Below are positions 9,667 to 17,711 of a stretch of 20,000 bases of DNA, one piece after another. Position numbers and translations under genes: made by a program. The number at the start of each line of letters is the position of its first letter. Position 1 is the first letter of the stretch. The notes under the pieces are model-generated. The model was not told the origin of the DNA. It searched no databases and saw nothing but the letters and a program-made list of their open reading frames with translations. Location: assembly GCA_001770205.1 (NCBI GenBank), contig MEQL01000056.1, positions 55,426 to 75,425 on the forward strand. The letters are read 5' to 3'. The stretch comes from Bdellovibrionales bacterium RIFOXYD12_FULL_39_22. GTDB taxonomy: Bacteria > Bdellovibrionota > Bacteriovoracia > Bacteriovoracales > Bacteriovoracaceae.

Positions 9667-10677
9667 ATGAAATCGCAGAATGGTTATCAATGCAGTGCGC
9701 AAGAGCACTACTCTTTTTTTAGCATCCATGAGAAGTTCGGCTTTGTTTTATTACCACTATTGTTTTTTTGGATTTTGCTTTTTTCGCATGCCACATCCTT
9801 TTTTTTCCAAGAGCGACTTTTTTCTAAATTTGAAATTGCCTCTTCAGCGCTTTATCGCCAAGAGGAGCTAAGAGAATCTTTTGATGCAGAAAAAAATTTG
9901 TTAAATAGGCAGTTTCCAATATTCTTTTTTAATAAAACCGATATGTTGGCCACATACTCTTTTGATAACGTTAGGACTGGTTTTTATTCAATTGTTCCAC
10001 TGGCCCGGACTGATGAAATTTCCAAATATCAGTTTCAGCAATTGATTATCAAGTCGGTACCAAGTTATGTTCAAAAAAATCTATCGCTTTTTTTACCAAC
10101 AGCATTGGCCTTTGCAGAAAAACATCAGGTTGATCCATTCTGGGTTTTGGCGGTTATGTGGGCAGAAAGTAATTTTAATTCTAAAGCAGTAAGTCGCAAA
10201 AAGGCCACAGGCCTTATGCAAATTATGCCAGATACTGGCCGATTTCTTTCACAAAAAATGAATTTATCATTAAAAACCACCCCTCGAAAGTTGCTGGTCA
10301 GGGCCATTTTTCGGCCAGATCTCAATATAGAAATGGGGGTGGTCTATCTTAATATGTTGCTACAGCAGTTTAAAAATGATTATCGCTTGGCCACTGTCTC
10401 TTATAATATGGGCCCTTATTTAGTTTTGAATAAGATTAAAATGAAAATCCCTGTGGGGGCAAAAAATCGTTATTTGGATAGTGTTCGAAATAGCTATTTG
10501 ACCTTAATCCAAGGCTACGTCAATTATATGGAAAATAAACAGCGGCCATATGAAAACACCTTTGTTGTTTATAGACATAACTCCCCAGATATTTTACTGG
10601 CCAAGCTGTTTTCGGTTTTTTATGCTGATTCGTTCTTGGTTGATTTCACACTCAAGGCCACGGACATAAAAGTTTAG
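9667..10677 (+). CDS. Slt-family lytic transglycosylase with N-terminal membrane anchor
   Basis: AVMWAESNFN (catalytic Glu), ATGLMQIMP, NIEMGVVYL, SYNMGP. Hydrophobic segment near the N-terminus. Confidence 0.9.
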   Translation: MKSQNGYQCSAQEHYSFFSIHEKFGFVLLPLLFFWILLFSHATSFFFQERLFSKFEIASSALYRQEELRESFDAEKNLLNRQFPIFFFNKTDMLATYSFDNVRTGFYSIVPLARTDEISKYQFQQLIIKSVPSYVQKNLSLFLPTALAFAEKHQVDPFWVLAVMWAESNFNSKAVSRKKATGLMQIMPDTGRFLSQKMNLSLKTTPRKLLVRAIFRPDLNIEMGVVYLNMLLQQFKNDYRLATVSYNMGPYLVLNKIKMKIPVGAKNRYLDSVRNSYLTLIQGYVNYMENKQRPYENTFVVYRHNSPDILLAKLFSVFYADSFLVDFTLKATDIKV

Positions 10678-10703
10678 GTCTGCTTTAACTAAATGGATTT
10701 CAC

Positions 10704-11396
10704 ATGTCAAAAAGTAATGTCATTGCAATTGATGGCCCCTGTGGTGGTGGAAAATCTTCGGTGGCCAAAGCGGTGGCCACCGGACTTAAGATTTTATACG
10801 TCGATACTGGAGCGATGTTTCGTGCGTTAGGTTTAGTTTGTTCTCGGCGAGGAATTGCTTTTGAGGAAGGGCCGACAATGCGTTTCTTTTTGAATAATAT
10901 AAGGTTTAACTATGGCCGTTCTGAAGAGTGCTTAGTTGAGATAGATGGGGATAATTTGACGGAACCAATTCGAGAACATTCTGTTTCTGATTTAGCATCA
11001 AAGGTTTCTCAAATTGGTTCTGTCAGGACTTTTTTAAAACAGGTCCAAAAGGATTTAGTTTTGGAGAAGGTATGTATTATGGAAGGGAGAGATATTGGAA
11101 CGGTAGTATTTCCCATGGCCTTTTGTAAGATATATTTGACGGCAACTCCAGAGATTCGGGCGCAGCGAAGATATGATCAATTAATGGCCCGCGGAGGTAG
11201 TGAAATTGATTTTCAGAAAGTTTTGCAAGATCTTAAGACGCGCGATCACAATGACATGAATAGGGAAATTGCTCCACTTAAACAGGCCGAGGATGCGTTC
11301 CTGCTGGATTCGTCGGGCCTCACTTTTGAGCAGGTGGTAGAAAAGATAAAACAGGTAGCAAGAGAGCGAGCAATAATAGAGAAAATAAAGCTATGA
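10704..11396 (+). CDS. cmk: cytidylate kinase
   Basis: IAIDGPCGGGKS, DTGAMFRA, EGRDIGTVVFP, RDHNDMNREIAPL. Confidence 0.97.
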   Translation: MSKSNVIAIDGPCGGGKSSVAKAVATGLKILYVDTGAMFRALGLVCSRRGIAFEEGPTMRFFLNNIRFNYGRSEECLVEIDGDNLTEPIREHSVSDLASKVSQIGSVRTFLKQVQKDLVLEKVCIMEGRDIGTVVFPMAFCKIYLTATPEIRAQRRYDQLMARGGSEIDFQKVLQDLKTRDHNDMNREIAPLKQAEDAFLLDSSGLTFEQVVEKIKQVARERAIIEKIKL

Positions 11397-12493
11397 GAGT
11401 TTTGATCAATAGGAGTGATGCAATTGGAGATACTCTTCTTACTTTGCCAATGGCCAAGCTTCTAAAGGAGTATGATCCTAAAATTCATATCACCTTTATT
11501 GTATCGAAAAAATCAATAAACCTATTTGCTAATCTTACCTACGTCGATGAGATAATTGAATGGAAAGATTATGGCGGGACGATTAATACTTTCTGGTCTT
11601 TTTTTAATAAACTAAAAAAGTGCTCAGCAGATGCATATTTCTATGTAGGAGGCAGTCACATGCCTTCACTGATCGCAAAGATTATTGGAATCAAATTTCG
11701 CGGAGGATTGAAATCGCGGCCCTCGACTTTTTTTCTGCTTAATCGAGGTGTGCGGCAAAAACGTTCTTTAGTGGAAATGCACGAGTCTGACTATAATTTG
11801 AACTTGCTTGCGCCATTAGGTGTTCATTATGATTTTGATAAACGAAATAATTATCGCCCGGAAATTATTTTAACAGAAAAAGAGATTGCGGAGGCCATGC
11901 TTCATTTTACTAAGGATTTGGCAAGTAAGGCGATTACATATAACGATAATCTAATATTTATTCATCCAGGCATGAGTGGACACACCTTAAATTGGCCTTC
12001 ACGAAACTATGCCAGGGTAATTTCGCGTCTGGAACGACGAGTACCAGGAAAATACATATATGTTGTTTCATACACACCAGCGGATCAAGCTTATTTGAAA
12101 GTATTAAATAGCGAGTTAGAAAAGAGCGAGTATGATAAAGTTCGAGAGCGGATTTTCTTTTTTGATGGATCTAAGAGAGGATTGCGTAATTATATGTCCG
12201 TTTTGTCGAAGGGCCAACTTTTTATTGGGCCGAGCACAGGAACAACTCATATTGCTAATTCATTAAAAATTAAAACAGTGGCCATATATTCCCCGATAAA
12301 GGTTCAGTCCGCCATGCGCTGGGGTCCTTTTGATCGGACAGAAAATCATTGTCGAGTGGTAGTTCCGGACGTCATTTGCGGAGAACAATTTGCTTGTCTG
12401 GGAACAGAATGTCCATATTACGATTGTATGATGAAAATAGAAGTCGACGATGTAGCTGGCGCGGCCTTAGATCTTTTAACGATGGGAGTTTAA
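11393..12493 (+). CDS. glycosyltransferase family 9 (ADP-heptose:LPS heptosyltransferase-like)
   Basis: RSDAIGDTLLT, IHPG, GPSTGTTHIA, RWGP. ATGA overlap with cmk; adjacent to the heptose kinase gene. Confidence 0.88.
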   Translation: MRVLINRSDAIGDTLLTLPMAKLLKEYDPKIHITFIVSKKSINLFANLTYVDEIIEWKDYGGTINTFWSFFNKLKKCSADAYFYVGGSHMPSLIAKIIGIKFRGGLKSRPSTFFLLNRGVRQKRSLVEMHESDYNLNLLAPLGVHYDFDKRNNYRPEIILTEKEIAEAMLHFTKDLASKAITYNDNLIFIHPGMSGHTLNWPSRNYARVISRLERRVPGKYIYVVSYTPADQAYLKVLNSELEKSEYDKVRERIFFFDGSKRGLRNYMSVLSKGQLFIGPSTGTTHIANSLKIKTVAIYSPIKVQSAMRWGPFDRTENHCRVVVPDVICGEQFACLGTECPYYDCMMKIEVDDVAGAALDLLTMGV

Positions 12494-12498
12494 TTTAT

Positions 12499-13518
12499 AT
12501 GTTGTCTATTATATCGCCGAAGAGATTTTCAGAGCTAATCAGTGCGTTTTCTTCTATTCGGCCAGTTTTGGTTGTGGGAGATGTTGGTGTGGACAAATAC
12601 ACCATTGGTTCGGTGAGACGGGTTTCTCCGGAAGCTCCAGTACCAGTTTTAGAAGTTAATGAAGAATTTACTAAACTTGGCCTTGCCTCGAACGTTTCAA
12701 ACAATCTAAAATCTTTAGGAATTGAATCAACGTTGTGTGGAGTGGTTGGCCAGGATAGTAAGGCAGATATTTTTACTGAACTACTTCGCAAGGCCGGTAT
12801 TTCTGCGGAAGGAGTAATTCAAGCAACTAATCGAATGACTACCTTCAAGGAGCGCGTGACTACTGCAGGACAACAAATTTGTCGAGTAGATTACGAGACG
12901 ATAGAACCACTAGATAAAAGCTTAGAAGATAGTTTTACGCAGAGAGTGATCAATTTAAAAAGCAGTCATGCAGGACTCATTATTGAAGATTATGGCAAGG
13001 GGGTATTAACGCAGAAAGTATTGGCCGATATTATTGACCGCTTTACCTCAGAGGGGATGGTCGTCACGATTGATCCAAGCAGAACAACCCCGCCGCAATA
13101 TTACAAAGGAGCAACGTTACTAAAGCCCAACTTATTAGAGGCCACCAAAATGGTTCAGGCACTAGGTCATAGCGAAAAGGCCCTTGAGCGGATATCTGAA
13201 ATATTAGTAGAAAAGCTGAAGCTATCAAAACTAGTAATTACTCTTGGTGGAGAGGGAATGGCCTTATTAGATACAAAGGCATCAGGAAAATTAGAATACA
13301 TTCCTACAGTGGCCAGTGAAGTTTTTGATGTATCTGGGGCCGGTGATACTGCCATAAGTTTGATTACTGCCGGCCTTTTGGCCGGAGGATCTTTGGCGGA
13401 GGCCTGCTGGCTGGGAAATTGCGGTTCTGGAGTGGTTGTTGGTAAGCGTGGTACTGCTACAGTTAATACACAAGAGTTATCAGAGTATTATCATCGCATA
13501 ACCCAAAAGTTAAAATAA
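12499..13518 (+). CDS. rfaE1: D-glycero-beta-D-manno-heptose-7-phosphate kinase (stand-alone RfaE/HldE kinase domain)
   Basis: VVGDVGVDKY, RVSPEAPVPV, EDYGKG, KPNLLEA, VFDVSGAGDT. Start placed at ATG12499, after the GT9 stop and the GGGAG RBS. Confidence 0.92.
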   Translation: MLSIISPKRFSELISAFSSIRPVLVVGDVGVDKYTIGSVRRVSPEAPVPVLEVNEEFTKLGLASNVSNNLKSLGIESTLCGVVGQDSKADIFTELLRKAGISAEGVIQATNRMTTFKERVTTAGQQICRVDYETIEPLDKSLEDSFTQRVINLKSSHAGLIIEDYGKGVLTQKVLADIIDRFTSEGMVVTIDPSRTTPPQYYKGATLLKPNLLEATKMVQALGHSEKALERISEILVEKLKLSKLVITLGGEGMALLDTKASGKLEYIPTVASEVFDVSGAGDTAISLITAGLLAGGSLAEACWLGNCGSGVVVGKRGTATVNTQELSEYYHRITQKLK

Positions 13519-13610
13519 AAACTAGATATTAAATATTTCGTATAAAATTAGCTATATAAGTATCTATGAATAAAAAATTCACGCTGTCGCAAAATAGTTG
13601 ACAATATGCG

Positions 13611-13639
13611 TTGATTTTGATTTTGCGGTGTGTTATATT
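13611..13639 (+). promoter_or_regulatory. sigma70-type promoter of the ncRNA
   Basis: TTGATT(13611-13616)-N17-TATATT(13634-13639) with extended -10 TG at 13631-13632. Predicted +1 (~13645-13647) falls at the start of the structured region. Confidence 0.7.
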
Positions 13640-13649
13640 GTCTCTTGTC

Positions 13650-13754
13650 CCCGTCGTTAAGGGCGACCACTTTCGAAAGTAGTGGAAGCAAAGCCCAGCT
13701 CTAAGTGCTTCAAAAATATTTTTAGAGGCATATGGGTTGTGGGTTGCCGAAGGG
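13650..13754 (+). promoter_or_regulatory. c-di-GMP-I (GEMM-I) riboswitch aptamer, variant
   Basis: Core motifs AGGGC...GAAA...GCAAAGCC...GGGTTGCCGA. P1 is CCCGTCG/CGAAGGG. P2 is CCACT/AGTGG with GAAA loop at 13675-13678. P3 is AGCCCA/TGGGTT with an 11-nt tetraloop receptor TCTAAG(13700-13705)/TATGG(13731-13735) and distal stem TGCTTC/GAGGCA. Ligand-contact equivalents: G20=13662, A47=13690, C92=13747. Confidence 0.88.
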
Positions 13755-14069
13755 TAAAGACACCGTCTTTAGACTGGCAGAGTTTTGAGGCCAGAATTTG
13801 ACGGGACAAAAACCTGTTTAAGCTTTTTTGGATTTATCTTTATCTTTATTTTTGTTATTGGAGGAGTTTTTTGGTTTTTGTTCAAAGGCGGATGTTTTTA
13901 GGAGGTTATTTTAGAGAATATTGGGCCTGTTCTAAAATTTATTTCTGGCGCTTGTTTCTTCAGGGAGTTTTTAGTCCGGTATTTTTTTCTTTCGTGCCGG
14001 TCTTTCGAGGGGCAGCGCGCTTAGTGGCATTTTTGCCGCTATTTCGAAATGAGGTTTTTGGAAATCAAT

Positions 14070-14102
14070 AGGGAGGGCCGCGTATGAGGCCCTCTTTTTT
14101 TT
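14070..14102 (+). terminator. intrinsic (Rho-independent) terminator
   Basis: GAGGGCC(14073-14079)/GGCCCTC(14088-14094) stem followed by T8 (14095-14102). Confidence 0.9.
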
Positions 14103-14173
14103 AGAGTTGATTTATTAGGCCATCCTCGTTAATACTTTATGTACTTTAATAGATTTAACGGGGATAACGGACA

Positions 14174-15238
14174 ATGATCGAGAAACTAAACAATCTCTTT
14201 TCCAACTTTACAACACAATTAGAAGCACTTTCAAAGCAGGCAGAAGTTTTAAATCTTAAGGCCGATTTACTGGGAAAAAATGGCAAGGTCTCTGAGATTT
14301 TGTCATCGCTAAAGAATGCATCGCTCGAGGAGAAAAAATCAATTGGTGCCTTGGCCAACAAAATAAAAGATGATGTGCAGCAGCTCATCAATCAAAAGCT
14401 AAATGCACTAGAACTAGAGGTTATCAATCATAAATTGGCCAGTGAGCGAATAGATATTTCACATTTAGACTCAATTAAGGCCTCTGGATTATATAGTGGT
14501 GGATATCATCCAGTCACTATTGTGCAAAAAGAGATAGAAGAGATTTTTTTATCAATGGGTTTTGAGGTTTTAGATGGGCCACATATTGAAGACGAGTACC
14601 ACAATTTTGAGGCCCTGAATATTCCCAAAGATCACCCGGCCAGGGATATGACTGATACTTTCTGGTTTCAGCGCCCAGATGATACTTCGGTCGCCAATAA
14701 ATACCTACTGCGCACGCACACTAGCACTATTCAGGTGCGAGGAATGAAAGGAAAAAGGCCGCCATTTAAATTTATTGCTCCGGGTAAAGTATTTCGGGCA
14801 GAACGCACTGACGCATCTCACGAGATGGTTTTTCATCAACTAGAGGGGATGTTGGTGGGTGAAAACATTTCTGTTTCACACCTGATTTTTTTCATGAAAA
14901 CGATTCTTAGCGAGATTTTTAAAAAAGAAGTAGATGTTAGATTGCGTCCAGGCTTCTTTCCTTTTGTGGAACCTGGTTTTGAATTAGATATTAAGTGTCT
15001 TATTTGCGGAGGTGGCGGCTGTTCTGTTTGTAAGCAGTCTGGTTGGGTGGAGCTTCTTCCCTGTGGGATGGTTCACCCCAATGTTTTACGACATGGCGGG
15101 ATTGATACAAATAAGTATAATGGTTTTGCGTTTGGACTAGGGTTGGATCGCTTAGTTATGTTGAAATATGGGATTGATGATATTCGCCATCTGCATGGTG
15201 GTGATTTGCGCTTTGTCTCTCAGTTTAAATCATATTGA
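14174..15238 (+). CDS. pheS: phenylalanine--tRNA ligase alpha subunit
   Basis: NFEALNIPKDHPARDM, LLRTHTS, FHQLEG, FPFVEP, GFAFGLGLDRL. Confidence 0.98.
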   Translation: MIEKLNNLFSNFTTQLEALSKQAEVLNLKADLLGKNGKVSEILSSLKNASLEEKKSIGALANKIKDDVQQLINQKLNALELEVINHKLASERIDISHLDSIKASGLYSGGYHPVTIVQKEIEEIFLSMGFEVLDGPHIEDEYHNFEALNIPKDHPARDMTDTFWFQRPDDTSVANKYLLRTHTSTIQVRGMKGKRPPFKFIAPGKVFRAERTDASHEMVFHQLEGMLVGENISVSHLIFFMKTILSEIFKKEVDVRLRPGFFPFVEPGFELDIKCLICGGGGCSVCKQSGWVELLPCGMVHPNVLRHGGIDTNKYNGFAFGLGLDRLVMLKYGIDDIRHLHGGDLRFVSQFKSY

Positions 15239-15278
15239 ATTTAAATACTCAGTATCTGAAAAAAAGAGGAAGTAGAAG

Positions 15279-17708
15279 ATGATAATTTCACTTGATTGGA
15301 TAAAAGATTTTGTAAAAATACCAGAGAATTTATCGGCCAAAGAAATTGGCCAAAAATTTACGCTGGCCACCGCCGAAATTGAAGGTATTACCGAAGTAGG
15401 TGCGGGACTTGAAGAAATTAAGGTCGCGCAAATTTTAGAAATTGAAAAGCATCCAGAGGCCGACAAGTTAAATTTAGTTACATTTAAATTTGAGGAAAAT
15501 GCGATAAAGAAGGTTGTTTGTGGAGCTTCCAATGTGCGAGTAGGAATGAAAGTGCCCTATGCCCCACTGGGAGTAAGGCTTCCCAATGGGATGGTACTAG
15601 AACCCAAAAAAATTCGTGGTGTTTTATCAGAGGGAATGCTTTGTTCCAAGCAAGAGTTGGGATTAGAGGAGGAGTCGCATGGACTAATGGAACTTGTTGC
15701 AGATACAACTCTGGGAACGAGCATGCTCACTTATCTTCAAGAGATGCCAGATGTTTTAATTGAAGTTGATAATAAGTCATTAACCCATCGTCCAGATTTA
15801 TGGGGGCATTTCGGAATTGCGCGTGAATTTGCTACGGTATTTGAACAAGATTTGCAAAATCGTTTTGATAAAAAATGGGAAGAACGTTTTACTAAAATGT
15901 TTACCACTGATAAATCACCAATAGTTCCTTTTGTTGAGATAAATTGTTCTTCACTTGGCTATTTCGGACTATCTATGAACAATGTGAAGGTTGCACCTAG
16001 TCCGAATTGGATGCAAAGAAGGTTAAAAAATATTGGCCTGCGCCCAATTAATAATATTGTTGACGTTAGTAACTATGTAATGCTGGAGTTGGGAATTCCG
16101 CTACATATTTTTGATCGAGATAAAATCAAAGGAGAGAAATTAGTTATTAAGCAGATGAATTCCGACGGAGTGGAGTTTGAAACACTGGATGAGATCAAGC
16201 GAAAGCTTATTGCGACGGATACCGTAATATGTGATGAAACAGGCCCATTAGTACTTGCCGGAATTATGGGGGGACTTTCTAGCGGGATTAGTGATAATAC
16301 CCAAAATATCTTCATAGAAGTTGCCAATTGGAAGGCCGCAGATGTTCGGCGCACTTCTGCTCGACTGGGATTGAGAACTGATTCGTCACAGCGCTATGAA
16401 AAATCACTAGACAGTCAGTTGCTTACTCGAACGATGTATCGGACAGTCGAGCTTATGATTGAACTGCTTCCGGCCGCTAAAGTTGTAGGGAAACTGGAGT
16501 ATGCTGGCCCTGCAATTTCTAACTTTTCACCACTAATAATTCAAACGACGGTGGAAAAAATTGCCACCACCTTGGGCCATCCGGTATCTAAGGAAAATAT
16601 GCTGAATATTTTTCGAAGATTGGATTTTAAAGTTGTTGCCAATGGAAATAACTTGGCAGTAGAAGTTCCCAGTTATCGTTCTACAAAAGATGTCGAAGTG
16701 GAAGCTGACTTAATTGAAGAAATTGGCCGAATTGTTGGTTACGATAACATAGTTCCTACCTCTCCATTATTCAGGGCCGTTCCTGTCGCCTATTCAAATA
16801 CCCAAAAATTTCATCAAAAAATTAGAAATTTCCTGATTCATAGCTCGCGTGCTTTTGAAGTAATGAGCTATCCTATGGTTGGAGAAAAATTACTTAACAG
16901 AGCAGCATGGCCTTATGACAATGCCCTCTCCATCATTAATCCTCTTTCGAATGATTTTTGCATGATGAGAAATTCTCTGATTCCATCTATTCTTGATACG
17001 GTCGCTCTTAATCAGAAAAATTATACAGAGTTTCGTTTCTTTGAACTAGGTCGCGCCTATGTTAAAAATGCAAAAGAGTTTCGCAAAGAAGAATCGCATC
17101 TTGGTGTGGCATTTTTCTCACAAAGCAATGGACAATATCTTGACTTAGTAAATGAAAGCGAGCGCCTATTATCATCCCTCAATGTGCCTTATCAATTGGC
17201 CGGTAAGGATAAAAAATTTTCGTCATTAGTGATCCCAGGGGGCTGGATGGGGGCCCATCCTTACGAGTATTATGACTTGAAGATAATGGGAAAAAATTAC
17301 GGGGCCATTTTTTCAGTTCACCCTATTTTGCTTCGTGAATTTAAAATACGTGGAAATTTGGCAATACTAATTTTAGAGATGTCGGCGTTCGAAAATAATA
17401 ATCTAAAAGATAAGAAAAAATATGAACCGTTAAGTAAGTTTCCAGTTGTAGAGTTTGATTGTACTGTTGTGATGCAGAGCGAGCGGTCAATATCGTCAGT
17501 TTTAGAACCACTATCGAAGCTAAAATTAAAAGAACTTTTGTCTTATAAAATTGTGGGACAATATGACATTTCAGAAGATAAACGGAGTGTTACTATTAGA
17601 ACTATTTTTGGTGATAAGGAGAGAACTTTATCACCAGAATTCATTAAGAGTGCGGAGGGACAGGTGATTAGCGCTCTTTCCAATGCGGGCCTTCCGTTAA
17701 AAGAATGA
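15279..17708 (+). CDS. pheT: phenylalanine--tRNA ligase beta subunit
   Basis: MIISLDWI, KHPEADKL, VCGASNV, SEGMLCS, RPINNIVDVSNYVMLELG, DLIEEIGRIVGYD and a C-terminal anticodon-binding-like domain. Directly follows pheS. Confidence 0.97.
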   Translation: MIISLDWIKDFVKIPENLSAKEIGQKFTLATAEIEGITEVGAGLEEIKVAQILEIEKHPEADKLNLVTFKFEENAIKKVVCGASNVRVGMKVPYAPLGVRLPNGMVLEPKKIRGVLSEGMLCSKQELGLEEESHGLMELVADTTLGTSMLTYLQEMPDVLIEVDNKSLTHRPDLWGHFGIAREFATVFEQDLQNRFDKKWEERFTKMFTTDKSPIVPFVEINCSSLGYFGLSMNNVKVAPSPNWMQRRLKNIGLRPINNIVDVSNYVMLELGIPLHIFDRDKIKGEKLVIKQMNSDGVEFETLDEIKRKLIATDTVICDETGPLVLAGIMGGLSSGISDNTQNIFIEVANWKAADVRRTSARLGLRTDSSQRYEKSLDSQLLTRTMYRTVELMIELLPAAKVVGKLEYAGPAISNFSPLIIQTTVEKIATTLGHPVSKENMLNIFRRLDFKVVANGNNLAVEVPSYRSTKDVEVEADLIEEIGRIVGYDNIVPTSPLFRAVPVAYSNTQKFHQKIRNFLIHSSRAFEVMSYPMVGEKLLNRAAWPYDNALSIINPLSNDFCMMRNSLIPSILDTVALNQKNYTEFRFFELGRAYVKNAKEFRKEESHLGVAFFSQSNGQYLDLVNESERLLSSLNVPYQLAGKDKKFSSLVIPGGWMGAHPYEYYDLKIMGKNYGAIFSVHPILLREFKIRGNLAILILEMSAFENNNLKDKKKYEPLSKFPVVEFDCTVVMQSERSISSVLEPLSKLKLKELLSYKIVGQYDISEDKRSVTIRTIFGDKERTLSPEFIKSAEGQVISALSNAGLPLKE

Positions 17709-17711
17709 TTT

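Larger units (their letters stand above)
13645..14102 (+). ncRNA. putative stand-alone riboswitch-containing RNA (~455 nt), merRNA-like
   Basis: Bounded by its own promoter and intrinsic terminator, with the aptamer at the 5' end. No convincing conserved-looking CDS inside; several hairpins in the 3' half. Confidence 0.65.

Noticed and set aside
13585..13603. TGTC-N11-GACA upstream of the ncRNA promoter, as a second site for the sigma54 activator
   Set aside because: The spacing differs from the TGTC-N8-GACA site at 2798 and the arms are only 4 bp.
13645..13810. 6S RNA or SRP RNA, suggested by 5'/3' end pairing, ~165-nt size and a GGAAGCA string
   Set aside because: The interior is multi-branched rather than a rod with a central bubble, the SRP helix-8 CAGG strand is missing, and GEMM-I motifs explain the sequence much better.
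13810..14070. Histone H1-like Lys-rich ORF on the minus strand (e.g. KNATKRAAPRKTGTKEK)
   Set aside because: The frames are short and interrupted by stops. Lys-richness simply mirrors the plus-strand T-tracts.
13820..14173. T-box riboswitch upstream of pheS
   Set aside because: There is no TGGNACC T-box sequence before the terminator and no recognisable stem I motifs.
14996..15031. Four-Cys insert (CLICGGGGCSVC) in PheS
   Set aside because: This is a common feature of many bacterial PheS proteins.
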